Shown here: piece after piece, positions 11,715 through 25,313 of the stretch
Layout: every line of letters starts with the position of its first letter
How positions within the stretch are numbered: the stretch's first letter is position 1
Assembly: GCF_018977255.1 (NCBI RefSeq)
Contig: NW_024704742.1
Span: forward strand, 24,430,001-24,494,000
Direction of reading: 5' to 3'
Source: Callorhinchus milii
Taxonomy: Eukaryota
DNA length: 64,000 bases
Translations under genes and position numbers: made by a program
The notes under the pieces: model-generated
Database searches by the model: none
What the model saw: the letters and a program-made list of their open reading frames with translations, nothing else
What the model was told of the DNA's origin: nothing

Positions 11715-14700
11715 TAAGGCACAAACATATTTGGCATCTTACTAATATATTTGTGCTTCATGTGAAAATGCTGCTCAGTCTCATAACATGGATAAAGCAT
11801 GTAAAATCTGGGGCCAGGCAATTATCAACACAACTAAAATGCTGAGGAATTTCAATTGGTGTACATTAAAAAGGCTCATATAGGGAGAAAAAAATAATTT
11901 TTAAAATATCTACAAGCCTGCAAGAATCTACAAGAGTCAGACCAAGGTGGTGCTGTGGTTAAAGAGGTTGTGAGGTTGACTGTTCAACGTCTTGGCTACC
12001 CACCCAGCACAGGTCACCGAATGTCAGGGGAGGGGACAGAAGCAGAGCAGGAGCTGTACACAACGGGATGGTAACCCGAGGATGCTCTTGCGTATCTTCT
12101 AGTGGTTGGATACAGAGCAATATTGGTGGTAAGTGACCTCCATGCAAACTAATGATGTGCGGGCCGAAAAGACAATAGGGTTTGGAAATACAAATCAAAA
12201 ATCAATCGTTTCAGGAATCGAATGCTTGTGCATTGCAAAGCTCGATAGAGCTCAGGTGTTTTGTACAATCCGCCAAGCTTTGTGAAACACATGACAACCT
12301 TCACACATTCACACATATGCCAATAGTGTGAGTCCTAATAATCCGATGTGAAGAAAGGTTGAAAAGAGCCCCGTGAAATAGCTTGCGCCCAAAATGGGGA
12401 CAAATTTCCAAGAACTCGACATGAAAATGCCATTTTAATGATGGTTTAGTGAAGTCTGAAAGGGCTCACTGTGGATCCACCCCTGTGTGTTATTGCTTGG
12501 CACTGTTGGTGTTGAATAACTTTATGGTGTTTTTATGTGGTTTAAAGTGTTTTGGAAACTTGCCCAAATGTAACTAGTACCAAATCCAAGTCTGGCATTG
12601 ATTTAAGTGATGAACGTTTATTGTAGCACGTGATAATTAACAAAGGAACTCTAGTTAAAGGCATTATAATTGCTGGTGGGAGCCGTACTGTCGGGTGATG
12701 TAAGTTCTCAACGACAGCAGCGGAGGTACTGCCTCTGAGTTGTCATGGCAACAGTCTCAGTGCTAAGCCACAGGGATCACGCATTGCATCTGAGCAGCGA
12801 AATCCGGGGAAAAGGGGAACAAATGTTCCTTGCGTGCACAGCAGCTGGTGATGAGATTGGGACAGGCATGGCCACATTATTGAAGGCATGGAGTTATGTG
12901 CAACGCAATTTCCATTTATATAGCACCTTTGTATAGCACCGTAGATAAATCTATAGAACAGGCTCCTGAGGGACACAGTGGAAGCAGAAAGTTTGATGCT
13001 TTCAAATGCAAATTAGATAGATTTCCTTTCGTAAATAATATTTCGGGATACAGTAGATGGGTAGTTCAGGACATGACACGGGCATGTGACTGCCAGGATG
13101 GTGGAAGGTGAACTGGATGGACCTTGGTCTTTATTCATCTAGCATTTCATATGTTCCTATGTGCATTTTACATCGGGGTAGTGGGGGGGGGGGGAGTGAG
13201 TGGTGCCTCAAAGCACTTACTGCTGAGTGGGTACCCAAGCTGGGTGGGGGCGAAGAGTATGGGGTGTGGAGAGATGACTTAAAGCGCGATAAAAGAGGTA
13301 TGTCTTGGGCAGACTTTTGATGGGCTAGATCTTGCCAAGGGGAAATTGAAAGAGGCAGAGTTGGTTGAGAATAAATGTGGACCATTCTGGTTCCAGTGTT
13401 GTGAGTGGTGGGGGGGTGGTTAGAACTGAGCTGAAATCAAAGAGGTGACATCGGAGAGAAAAGATAAGCACTCGGGACGCTGAAGTAAGAAATCCAGGAG
13501 GCAGTAGTGAGGAATCTGGGGCACCATAATAGCAAGTAACCAAGTGTGCCATAGAGCATCTTATAACTCTTCACATAAAGAGTGGCTTTGAACTGTGGTG
13601 ACTTGTCACATAGGAAAACATGGCAGCTAATCTGTGACTGCAACATCTCGCAAGCAACAATGAGATAAATATCCACATTCAATGTGTTTTGGGTGAGAGA
13701 GCAATGTTGGTCAAGACACTGGGAGAAATCTCTGCTCTTCAAAATACTGCAATGGGATCTTTAATATCTGCTTGCAACAACCGACAGGGCCTTGGTTTAA
13801 TCACACCATCAGTAACAATGCAGTGCTCCCTCAGTTTTATTTTGGAGTCCCATTGTAGGCTCTGAGGATTTAGCCCACAAACCTTCCGACCCAACGCAAC
13901 TAGTACAACCATCAGAAGCAGCATTGTCAGTGAGCAGTGTGATGGTTTTATAGCACAACCCTTATCACATTCATTTTCCCTGCAGTTGAATGCCATAGTC
14001 TCTTAAAGGCTCAGGACAGATTAAAGTAAATTAAATATGAATTAGAGGGAACGAATTTTAGCAAATAAAAATAGTTTAAAATAAGTTTCAGAAATGATTG
14101 AACAGTGTAAGGAAACCAAGTAGAGATGAGAATAATAATAATACTTGCATCAAATATAACACTTTATCATGCTGTTGAAATGGCTCAAAGCACTCCAGAG
14201 GATTTACTGTAAAGTGGAGTGACTGTGTATGTGTTGGCAAACACAGCAGCCAATCTGCGCACAGCAATATCCCACAAACAGCCATAAAGCGAATAACCAA
14301 TTTATAGAATCATAGAATTCTGCAGCACAGAAGGAGACCATTCGGCCCATTGTGCCTTTTTGAAAAAACAATCCAATTAGTCCCACTACCTCCGCTCTTT
14401 CCCTATGCCTTGCAATTTTTTTCTTTTCAAGTATATATCCAATTCCATTTTGAAAGCTATTATTGAATCTGCTTCCACCACTCCTTCAGGCAGAATCCGG
14501 AGATTCAGCAGGAGAATCTCCCATAGTCATTGATATAACAAAAATTCCAAAGAGCTGTATTTGAAGGTCGGCCACTATATTTGCAGGTTCAAATCCAGGT
14601 TAGCAGCAATGAAGATAATTTAACTGAGAAAAATTAGAGCACAGAAAGGGCCAATCTTATATAAGACTGATTGAGGGTGTTGGAACATTTTCTGATATTA

Positions 14701-14729
14701 AATGCATCAGGATACAGAATGTGTGTCTG

Positions 14730-15207
14730 GTGCACAGCTGCAGATTGAATCTCCTCTTTGTGCAGGCTCTTCTAGTCTAATCCGCTTTGCCCACCTTCAC
14801 CAGAACCAGATTAAAATGGCACTTTCCTATTGTTCTTCCTGAATTCATCCAATCTGTGTTTCTCTCTCAATCACTTATATGCACGCAATCAGTTCCTGGA
14901 ACACTAAAGGCAGTTTTGTCTTTTGAACCTTGCTTATCCTGTAGTAGCATTTCCCCTCCCCCGACTGATCAAACACCATGATCTGATAGCCCTTTAAGGC
15001 GGCTGATTGCTGACCTATAGGAAACCTCACCGCAGTTGAGTGCTGCATCCCTATCCCGGCATCCTCTGAAAGATTTGCTGCAGTCTTCCAGCACAGGAAA
15101 CGTGCACAAAATAAAGATTGATTTTTTTTTCCTTTTAATTCTTTCGGGTCTCCCTGCTCTTCTCATCCCCCTCCCCACCCCCGCCCCCCCGCCTCCACCC
15201 CCAGCTG
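14730..15207 (+). promoter_or_regulatory. Candidate TRIM2 promoter and non-coding first exon
   Basis: TE-free block with several CCAAT/CAATCA/GATTG motifs and a GC-box-like C-rich tract, ending at donor CTG|GTGAGA (15208). No transcript evidence available. Confidence 0.4.
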
Positions 15208-18200
15208 GTGAGAACTTCTTGTTATTGACCTAGAATTTTTATTGCAGTGCCGCTAACGGGGTCATCGTTCTTCAGTGCTCAATGTTTTTGTTTCGCCTCC
15301 TCTTTCTTCTCTACATCGAGCATCGTTGCATTTAGCAACATATTCTATTTGCTGTAAGAAAGGCTGCACCATGGTAGGATTAAACGTCAGATGGTACAAT
15401 GCATGCAATTATTTGTGGAATGAAGCTGGAAAGGAGGGGGAGTATAAATGTGTAGCATTTCTTAACAGGATTCCTCAATTTGGGAAGCCGTTAGAATTTC
15501 CAGCAACTTGCGGGAACGCTGCTCCAGAAATAAATTGCTTGAGAGCAGAATTTTGTGGGCTAGTCAGTAAAACGTAATTCCAATTACCAGACGGTATTCC
15601 AACTTTCATGACTTGGATTCTTTATCGAGGAATTCTGTTTAAAAAAAAACCAAATTAGAGTTGAGATTTCCTGTGCATGTGTCTGAAAAGAACGCTGCTA
15701 ATAATAAAATGTTTATTAATGCAAGGCATCACTCGCTTCCTTGGAGGATATCCATATCTGGGTAATTCTAGGTAGGATTAGCCTATAATTTGTGCATAAT
15801 AAATCACCGTACGCTCAGTTCCTGTATATTACTCCGTGAGGGTGGGAGAGGTAAGCAGAGAATTGCCTTGGTGTGTTTTGCATCAACTGTGCCGATGCAA
15901 AGAAACCATTTCATTGTCTTTTATTTCTGTGTTCACAAAAGAAAATGTGTCTCTTTTTGTGTGATTCGTGTATGTTCAACTAGAATCATCACTGCCGCCC
16001 TGCGTGTGCCTCTTTTGATATCTTCCATTGCTCTATGCTGCTGTGATGTCGGGTTGATAACGGCCAGAATCCCTTGTGAATAATGATCCCTTATGGAGCC
16101 TCTTTCTCCTACCCTGGCTAGCCCTTATTTGTGAAAGACATAAATCCTAGATCAACGTGGGCATTGAGATAAATTGCAAATCTAGTTTAATTCCACAGAA
16201 TTTCTAGTTATCTCCCCCCCCCCCACCCCCCTTTGAAGTCCGTTTTAAGCGGACTCCCTTTGAAGTCCGTTTTAAGCGGCAATGGCCACAATTAAGTTAA
16301 AAATAAATATCAAAGGAGAGAAGGCAGAGATCAGGAGATTTCTTAATTTCTTTAAATAGGTCAATCATTTTGGTTTCAATGATATGAACAAAAAATATAG
16401 GATTCTGTTAAAGGAAGAGCTGTTGGGAGTTTGAGATTGGAATTATAACGTATTCAGCTGCAGCAGCAGAAGGAGGTGTCTAATGTTTCAGTCCATTCCT
16501 CCAAAAGGATGTGACGCATTAAACCCTTAAAGCCATTCTGTGTGTGCTGTGCTAGCTGTGTAGCAGCTCCAGTGTATCATGAGAAGAGAAAGATCTGAGC
16601 AGTGAGGGGGCAGAGGAGAGCCACAATGATGATTCCCAGGCTTGGAGCAGCCGAAGGAACTCGGAATGTTTTGTTTACAAAAGCAGGAGGGAGTGGAGGT
16701 ACGATTCAGGTTTTTAAAATAGTAGAAGGTATTCAATATTCTTTCAGTGAATCTGAAACTCAGGACCGTGTGATGTGATTTCCATCTTTACAGCATGATA
16801 TAATTGTGGAGAAAAATTTGTTAAGGTGAATTAACTTGTCATCCATTGCAGTGAATGAATGGTGACTGTCCAGAAACCCAAGGCTCAGAGAGTCAGCAAA
16901 TTTAGTGGCTTTAATGGGAAATGTATTTGCGTAAGATTGGGATATCTTATCATACATACAAAAACAGTGAAAAATGACGCTGTCATTTTTCGAGGTGTCC
17001 TCTTTTGCTTGCGCATTACTTAACATTACCTCTGATAATGTGCTTCTGCCCCAACTCGTTGAAGAATGGGATCTATTTTTGTGTAAAATTGGAGAACTAT
17101 TCTGCTGAGTGTTACACACATCACCTTTGACAGTGTCATCCGCTAATATGGATTTTATAATCACACAATGTCAAAAGGCGCTGCGAGGTGAGTAACACAT
17201 TCACTGGAACTTTTATCTAAATGAGGCCTGTTACTTTTTTGTTATCCATCACGGCATGTAGTGTAGCACTAGTACAATATGAGTGCACAGAGCATGTAGG
17301 TTGAACAGTTCCGCTTAAAAGCATATCTGAGACGTCTGAACAATGTGATCAAGTGCTATATCAAATGCAAGGTTTATTATTATTATTTGCAGAATGATTC
17401 CAGTTCAGCGGTTAAAATTGTCCTATGTTCAATACAATTTACATTTATATAGTACCTTTCATGTCGGGAGGACGTCCCAAACTGGATCCAGCGTGCTAGA
17501 TAGGCATCTGAGGTGGGGATGGGAGGTGAGGGAGTGGGGAAGGGGAAAGAATGATCGAAAGCATGGTCAAAGGTGCACATTTTGAGATAGGCTGAGATGC
17601 TGAGTGCAGTACAAAACAGACACGGTACTGATGGCATTACTCACTAAAATCTGAGCATTGTGAAATGTGTGATGTGGTGGAGTAGCCTGAGGATGAGGGG
17701 TGGCACCTGAAGCATGTGAAGCGTGAGGTTTAATACGTGAACTGGGGTGCCTGTTACTCGGTTCCACCATACTGAGGGCTTGAGAACATACCACTTGAAG
17801 TTGTTCACAACCTTGAAGCTCTTCACAGATGCCTTTTCTTCAGGGAACCCTGTGTACATCACCCTAACCTGTCAGGCATCGGCTCTGACCTGAGCTCACC
17901 TTGGAGCCGACTTCCTGAGAGTTGTTGTGATGTATACTGAGTTCTCAGCATAAGATGCACTTTACGCCGTGAGGAGCTTCACCTTGCGTCAAGGTGCCAT
18001 TAACATCTGCCATTTGCAGCCCCATGTACAATCTGGATTTGCCACATACCAGTGTAGTAGTAACAAATTTTCCTGAATTAGGTAAGCAGGAAGCATCGCT
18101 CCAGGGAGAGAGTGTGCATTCCATTCCAACAATCTATCTCTGGGATTTCCATGTGTAGGTGGGATGCATGGAATTCTCAGCTTGGTTTGGATACTCTTAA

Positions 18201-18701
18201 GCATAGAGATAGGTTTCCGCGTGTGTTAAACACCCGACTGACCCAAAAGAAAATTACTCATGAAATATACCCAGCAATTTATTTGGAAGATTCCCTCTTG
18301 CTGCCCTCAGCATTTCCCGGAGCTGTGGGAACTGTTTTGTTTAGTGTGGAACTGTTGAGATGGTGCAGGGTGACAGCACCTCTGTGCTAGAGGTGGGAGG
18401 AACACTGTTCGAATCTGATTCAATCACAGGTGACTACAGCATGAGTGTGCATTGAGATCTGGCCACAAAAGTGCACAAGGCTTCACCGACTAATCCACGC
18501 TCCATTCTTCTCCTAGCAGAGGCATGTCAGTCCAATTGGCTACAGATGCAAATCAGAAATTTCCAAACACTTGGCTTAATTTTGCCACATTTCTTAACAA
18601 GGTTACTTGATACAGAATCCAACCAGTCTGAATGGGGAGGCCTTTCCAATAACAAATATGTTACGCTGATATAGGAACAGGAGAAGGCAATTTAGCTCCT
18701 C

Positions 18702-19426
18702 AACAACAACAACAAGATTCCATTTATAAAGCGCCTTTCACATCAGGAGGACGTCCCAAGGCGCTGTACAGTTGGGTCAGGACCCGAGCAGGGGGAAATG
18801 GTCAGGGTGAGGGGAGGGAAGGGAGGGAGGGAGGAGGGGGGAAATGGTCAGGGTGAGGGGAGGGAAGGGAGGGAGCGAGGAGGGGGAAGAGAGTCAAGAG
18901 GGGAGCTGAAGGCTCGGTCAAAGAGAAAGGTTTTGAGACCGGCCTTGAAGGAGGAGAGGGAGGAAGCGGCGAAGGCACTGGGGGATGGAGTTCCAGAGCC
19001 TGGGGGCTGAGAGGCTGAAGGCCCGACCACCGATGGTAGGGCAATTGGGGCGGGGGATGTGGAGCAGACTGGAGCCAGAGGAACGGAGGGTACGGGCAGG
19101 TAGGTAGGGGGATAGTAGGTCAGAGAGGTAGGAGGGAGCGAGACCGTGAATGGCCTTATAGGTGAGGATGAGGATCTTGAAATCAATCCTCTGGGGGATG
19201 GGGAGCCAGTGGAGGCGAGCGAGGGTGGGTGTGATGTGGTCCCGAAGCCTGGTGCGGGACAGTACACGAGCTGCAGAGTTCTGAATGACCTGCAGCTTGT
19301 GGAGGGAGGTGGCGGGAAGGCCGGCGAGGAGAGAGTTCCCATAGTCCAGCCTTGAGGTGACAAAGGCGTGGACCAGGGTTTCAGCAGCGTGAGGGGTGAG
19401 GTAGTGCCGTAGTCTGGCGATGTTCC
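18702..19426 (-). mobile_element. Young 5'-truncated L2, same subfamily as 4769-8373
   Basis: Reverse complement is nearly identical to ~7724-8370; (CAA)n tail on + strand; flanked by TCCTC (18697-18701, 19424-19428). Confidence 0.93.
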
Positions 19427-20985
19427 TCGAGCCTGTCTTGCAATTCTGTTAGATCCACTCCTGTTAAATTATTAAATAAATTATTGCTCCCCGTGGCAAC
19501 TCGGCTCTAAGTGACCTACGTCCGGGGCTGAGGTCCTGTGGGTTGACGGGAATTCTACCTCGAATCCCATTAATAAATACTGCAAATTAGACTGCATACA
19601 GTGCTGTGCATGTATTGTTCAAAATCTTAATAGGCTCGGGAAAATTTGTAGTCAAAGTTGAGAGGGTGGTTGTGCTGTCATCAGCAGTGGCCTGGAATAT
19701 TGTGAACCCATCTGGCTCAGGAACCGGACTACCAAGACTGTAACAGGGCTGGCTCAACTCCGACATTCCACTACCAAACATGTCATCTTGGAGCCAGTTC
19801 AGCCAACATACAGATAGAAAGCAGTAGCAGCATTTGTACTTGAACTGCTGTGGGATTCCAGCCTGAGAAAATCTCAGCCCCTCAATGGTCTCCATCCTAT
19901 TGCTTCTTCTCAGGCCCAACGCTCTTTAAAATGTCTTTAAACATAGGATGTGGAATTTTGGAAAATTCCTGTTGGAAGTTGGACCAAATTTCAAATTGAG
20001 ATATACAGGGTCTAGCACCGTTAGAAATTTAGGTTTAGACAGGCCGCCTCCAGGTCCATTCTTCCACAGTCACAAACAAATAGGGTCTGAAACATTTGGA
20101 GTCCCCGTTCAGATCGCTGCTTCTAGCACTTTGCCTCTATTGCTTGAGGTCATCGTCACACCTCTGAAAGCATTACCACTGCCTTGCTGTCACAATAACG
20201 TTACAGCCAAAGGGCAGGGCCATTTGCCATCTGGAGGATAAATACAGCATATAATACAAGAATTATGGTTTTGTGGGATTAGGGAGTCAAAGCATAACCT
20301 CTAGTAGGGCCTGCCCACTCCACAAACCCATTATGTAAACCATAAACTGTACTGAATAGTCTTTTGACCCATGGCGTCATGTGGATTTAAATGGAAATTG
20401 CTTCATGCTGCTCACTGCTTAGTAATATTGCTCTCTCACCTCAGTATTTTCTTTATCACACTGTATTCTGATGATATTTCATTCAGCCACAGTATTTTTA
20501 AACTTGCTGGCATTCCTTTAATTAGCCTCTAGTTATAACAAACTGTTTTTTGTCGGTAATTATTAGACATTCCACTGTTATTTTGTTACAAACTCTTATC
20601 TGCTACAGTTGTTTGAAATGTCCATTACAATAATAAAATCTATTTCATGGGAAAAATTAAAAAATCTAACAAGTCTTTATTTGGATCAAATAGAAGAAGT
20701 TGTGAATTCATGGTGGGTTTCTTTGTTCCCCACATAGTTTATCAAAAGCGAATGAGATTTTTAAATTATGCTTCAGTTTCTATGCCAAAGTAAAAGTTTT
20801 CTTGCCATGTGCATTTTTAGCTTGTGATTTACAATTTATGTTTTTTCTAATCTTAATCTGAGCAATGAGGTTGTTTTGTTTTCTCTTTCTTTTCTTGGTT
20901 TCATTTCATATAATTTGTCTGTGTTTCTCCTTTCTTTCAGAGTGCTGGGTAAGGGCAAACGTGACCCACATGTCAGTGCGTTAGG

Positions 20986-21119
20986 ATGGCCAGTGACAGC
21001 TCGAACATTAGCAGCCCTGTGGTACGCCAGATTGACAAACAGTTCCTGATCTGCAGCATTTGTCTGGAGCGTTACAATATTCCCAAAGTACTTCCTTGTC
21101 TGCATACATTTTGTGAGAG
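20986..21119 (+). CDS. TRIM2: TRIM2 coding exon 1 (start codon, RING finger N-half); exon starts at 20941
   Basis: Polypyrimidine tract and CAG acceptor end at 20940. ATG at 20986 translates [44 protein letters not shown](R), matching the TRIM2 N-terminus. Donor AG|GTAGGT, phase 2. Confidence 0.97.
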
Positions 21120-24111
21120 GTAGGTGATCTGTTCACAATTACGATGCAAGGGCCCATTGTGAGTTGAAAGCTAATAATAACCATTAGAACCAAGTAATGG
21201 GAAGAATGCTGATTTTAATAATATTGCTCCTGCTGTGTAAAGGATTGCTAATGGGAGGCCTCTATTGCTGGAATGGATGGAAGGAGAGGGTAAAAGTGAA
21301 ATTTAGTTAAAGCAAGAATTCCTTTAGCTGGAGGGGGTTGTTCTGTTGACATTGTTCTGTTTCTCCTCCCCAAGTTGTTCCATTTCCCTTACCCCCCCAC
21401 CCCCCAAAAAAATTAATAATAATTTGGTCACTCAATCCACAACTGTTTTGGGACACTCCTGGGTACATCTGGTTGCTGTGTTTCGGCCACAAAAAATATA
21501 CAGTCAGTGTACTTTACAGTACATTCTGCGACGAGCTTTGAGTCATCTAAAGGACGTAATAGGCGCTATATCAAATGTGAGGGGCATGTAATTGTGTGTG
21601 ATTTAACCTGATGGAAAAATATTTTTCAAAGGCCCCACTTTTATTGTGGCTTGCGTCAAGGTTTCACGGTTTGCATTTAACTGAAAAAGTCTGGATATTA
21701 TGGTGCCGGTTAGTGCAGCATTTCATTATCTTTTATAAATAAAAGTCCATTCACACATTTTAGTCGAACTCTTATTAAAACTTTTTGATTTTTACAATTT
21801 TTGCTTTTTAAGATACTTCTGGTGCCTGAGGCAGATGTGCATGGAATATTTTGCTAAGAGTTTTGTCCGCAAAATATGGTCAATTCATTTTATAGTATAT
21901 TCTGTGAAGCGCTTTGACGTGTCTTGAAGACATGATAAGGCGCTACACCAAATGCAAGGATTATTATTAATAATAAGAGAGCGTCACAATAAAAACGATC
22001 AAACCAATTGCTCTAAGACACCAGCACGAGTGAGGACGCTATATAAATACATGTTGCTGTTAAACAGGTGGATGCAATACAGATTATTGGGGTCAGTGAG
22101 GGCTTCCTTGTCACTTGCCAGAGGAGTCTCTGTGACCCTTTAAAGCCTGTGTTACATCTATTTATCTGGTTCAGCACACAATACCATACACCTGTTTGAA
22201 GTCTAGATCAGACAAAAAGAGAAAGTGGGTTACTATCCGTTTTGCTATCATCCAGATGGATTTAGAAATGTGTCACTCAGGACCAACCTTGTGAATGCAT
22301 CAATCAGAAGCTGACGTTTTTATTTTACAACCTGCGCTCTGATAACCATTCCGACAGAAGACTCCCGCGTGCTGCTTTCTCGCTGGCAGTAATGAATCCC
22401 TGAATCTGTCATCAACATTGATGTCCTTGTTGCACTGGGAATTCCATGTGCAAAAACCATTGTATAGAGCCACTGAGTGCCATTTCTCTTTGTTGGCACT
22501 GTGTCCATTGAGACCTATTAAAGATGACAGAGGGAGATGGTGGAAATGCGAAGCTGGCCCAACGTCTCAGAGCCTAATGTTTTTAAAAAAAGTTGCATTT
22601 GATATAATCTCTTTCGTGTCTGCAGAATGTCTCAGAGCGCTTCACAGGATTTACTGTACGTGTAGTGACTGTGTTGTGTAGGTGAACTCGGCAGACCCTT
22701 TGCACACAGCAATGTCCCATAATCTGCCATGAAGCGAAAGACCAATTTTATCTGGGAGATTGTTGGCCAGGACAGCAGAATAAACTCCCTTCTCTTTTAG
22801 AATAGTACTACCTGAACAGGCAGAAGGGACTTCAGTATAACATTTCATCCAAAGGATGGCACCTCCAACGATGCAGCTCTCCCAGATATCCCAGATAAAA
22901 CTGGCCTTTCACGTCGTGGTAGCTTATGGGACATTGCTGTGTGCAAAATGTCGCCGCGTTTACCTGCACAACACACAGTCACTACACCTTACAGTAAATC
23001 CAGTGAAGTGCTGTGAGAGTCTGATGCTGATAGTCCAATAGCATTATGTTAGACTATCAGCCTAGACTGTAAGCTCAAACTCCTGACGTGGTGCTTGAAC
23101 CCACAACCTTCTGATTCGGTGGCCAGAGTGTTGCCGAATGAGCCAGGCTACTGCATGTCCTGGTAATCCACAATTTAGTTATTTGAATAGTAAAATGAAT
23201 CCAGGTGATTCCTTGGTTTTGTCTCTTGACTTCTTCAACCTTTCTGGACACAACTCGCCAACTCATTAGACCAGTTCACAACCTTGACCCTCAGTTCTGT
23301 TTACTCCGTGATATACAGTCCCTGATCAAGATGGCTTTTCTACATCTTTGCCTATCTCATACCTAATGTAGCTAATACCAACCGCAACCTTATCTATGAA
23401 AAACAGTGACTCCACTTTACTGTATATCTTGTGAAGCAGTTTCCTATGACCTCCAGACATGAAAACATTCTACTAAATGTAATGATTATTGTTATTTTCT
23501 GCATAAAGTTTCACGTCCCTGTCCTTGCCAACCTCACTGTCTCACTGCTTCCAATCAGATCGACCAAGTTTCTCACTCTTACCTACAAATCCCTTCACAC
23601 CCTCAAACCTCCCTTTCACTGTTATCCACTTGAGCCACACTCTTCTGTTTGCCCCCTCCTCTTGGCAAACCTGGCATGTTCTTCACTTCACCATTGACGA
23701 TCAAGCTTTCAGTCACTACACCTCTCCTTTTCGAACTCCCTCTCCTTTAACCCCTACATCTAGCCCTATCTTTGTTTCCACAGTGCATATAGTCACCTCC
23801 CTCCTCTCCCATCTCCTTGCGTGATGTTTTGAGGCATCCCTGTAAAGCACTCCAAGACTTTACGTGTCTAGTAAAGTCACTATATAAATGCAAGTTCTGG
23901 CAAAATAATAACTAGGACCTTGGAACTCCTCTCTGGGTTCAAATGCTGGACTCCTCACTTGACTGTTAGTATGATTTCAAATTTGTGAATAACAATTATT
24001 TGGAGCAGGAAAATTACCACCAAAGAACACAATCCCTCCCCTCTGTGCTATATAAGGCTTGATGGCAGGAATGGCCAGTTTCTGTGCAGTCAGATTCCTT
24101 GACATACAATA

Positions 24112-24290
24112 CAAAATTACATTTGTATAACGCCTTTCATGTCGTCCCAAGGCGTTGGACATTCAGGGATTTGGACTCGCACAGGGGGACTTAGGATCAG
24201 GGAGGTGGAGGGCAGGGTGGTAGGAGGGTGGCCGAAGACGCGGTCGAAGAGGAGGGTCTGGGGACGGGCCTTGAAGGAGGCAAGGGTGGG
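24112..24290 (-). mobile_element. Short L2 3' fragment
   Basis: L2 tail stem-loop and FKARPQTLLFD motif on the minus strand. Confidence 0.75.
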
Positions 24291-24988
24291 ATTGTGGGAC
24301 ATGTATGAAAACACCAAGGTTTGTTGCAATCCTTCATGCAAAAGGAAATAAGCTGGAGGTCCATGTGCTGGTTTGTGCTCCAATATGCTGACTTGACTTG
24401 CTGACATCTTGTATTGTTGGGAAGTGAACTGCTTTCAGTCAGAATAGATGGAATGACGTGATCTAGAGGCAGTTTTAAGCTATACACTGGTGAGATGTGA
24501 AGTCATCCGTAGGAGATTAGCAATTGCTTAGATGACTTGTTATTGTTGTGTGAAATTAAAAGGCAAACCTTAATAAAGGCATGTAATAATGTATTGTGCG
24601 TTCTGTTAGGAAGGCCTTGGAGGGGCAGTCGCTGAGGGCACGGATCCTTCCCACTCAGCTCCTGTTAACACTGCAAGTCAAAGCTCTAAAGGGTAGAATG
24701 GTCCTAGTTGGGCAAGAAGCCTAAGCTTGCCAAAGTGTGCTCTGAATGGCAGGATATCTGATAATGGTTAGTTAAACTCGAGCAGTATCCTAACTCGCTC
24801 TGGGGACCCAAGCCTGGTCTCTTGTTAACCTGCGCCTAATACTCTTTAGAATTAAGTAAGCAGTAAGAATTAAATACATATTGAAAGGGAGCTCTCAGTC
24901 TGCTTTGGATACTTATAAGAATGGTGATGGATTTCTGAATGTGGCTGATACCTGGCTAACAGAAGAACCCGAAACATTGATGTGAATC

Positions 24989-25310
24989 AATAATAATAAT
25001 AATAATAATAATCCTTGCATTTGATATAGCGCTTTTCACGTCGGGAGGACGTCCCAAAGCGCTTCACAGAACACACTGTAAAGTGAATTGACTGTATATT
25101 TGTGGGCGAACGCGGCAGCCAATTGCGCACAGCAATGTCCCACAAACATTGAAAATTGAAAATGACCAATTTAATTATTGTTTTTAGTTTTGGAGGGATT
25201 ATTAGGCGTGTGGAGTAAGGAAACTTGCCCAAGGTTTCGTCCTGCCTGGAATTGAACTCAGGTCTCTCACTTGCAAAGCGAGTGCTCTTACCACTGAGCT
25301 ACAGGACTCC
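24989..25310 (-). mobile_element. Young tRNA(Ala)-like SINE, full length
   Basis: Head GGAGTCCTGTAGCTCAGTGG (A box) and GAGTTCAATTCC (B box) on the minus strand; L2-type stem-loop; (ATT)n tail. Confidence 0.92.
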
Positions 25311-25313
25311 ACA

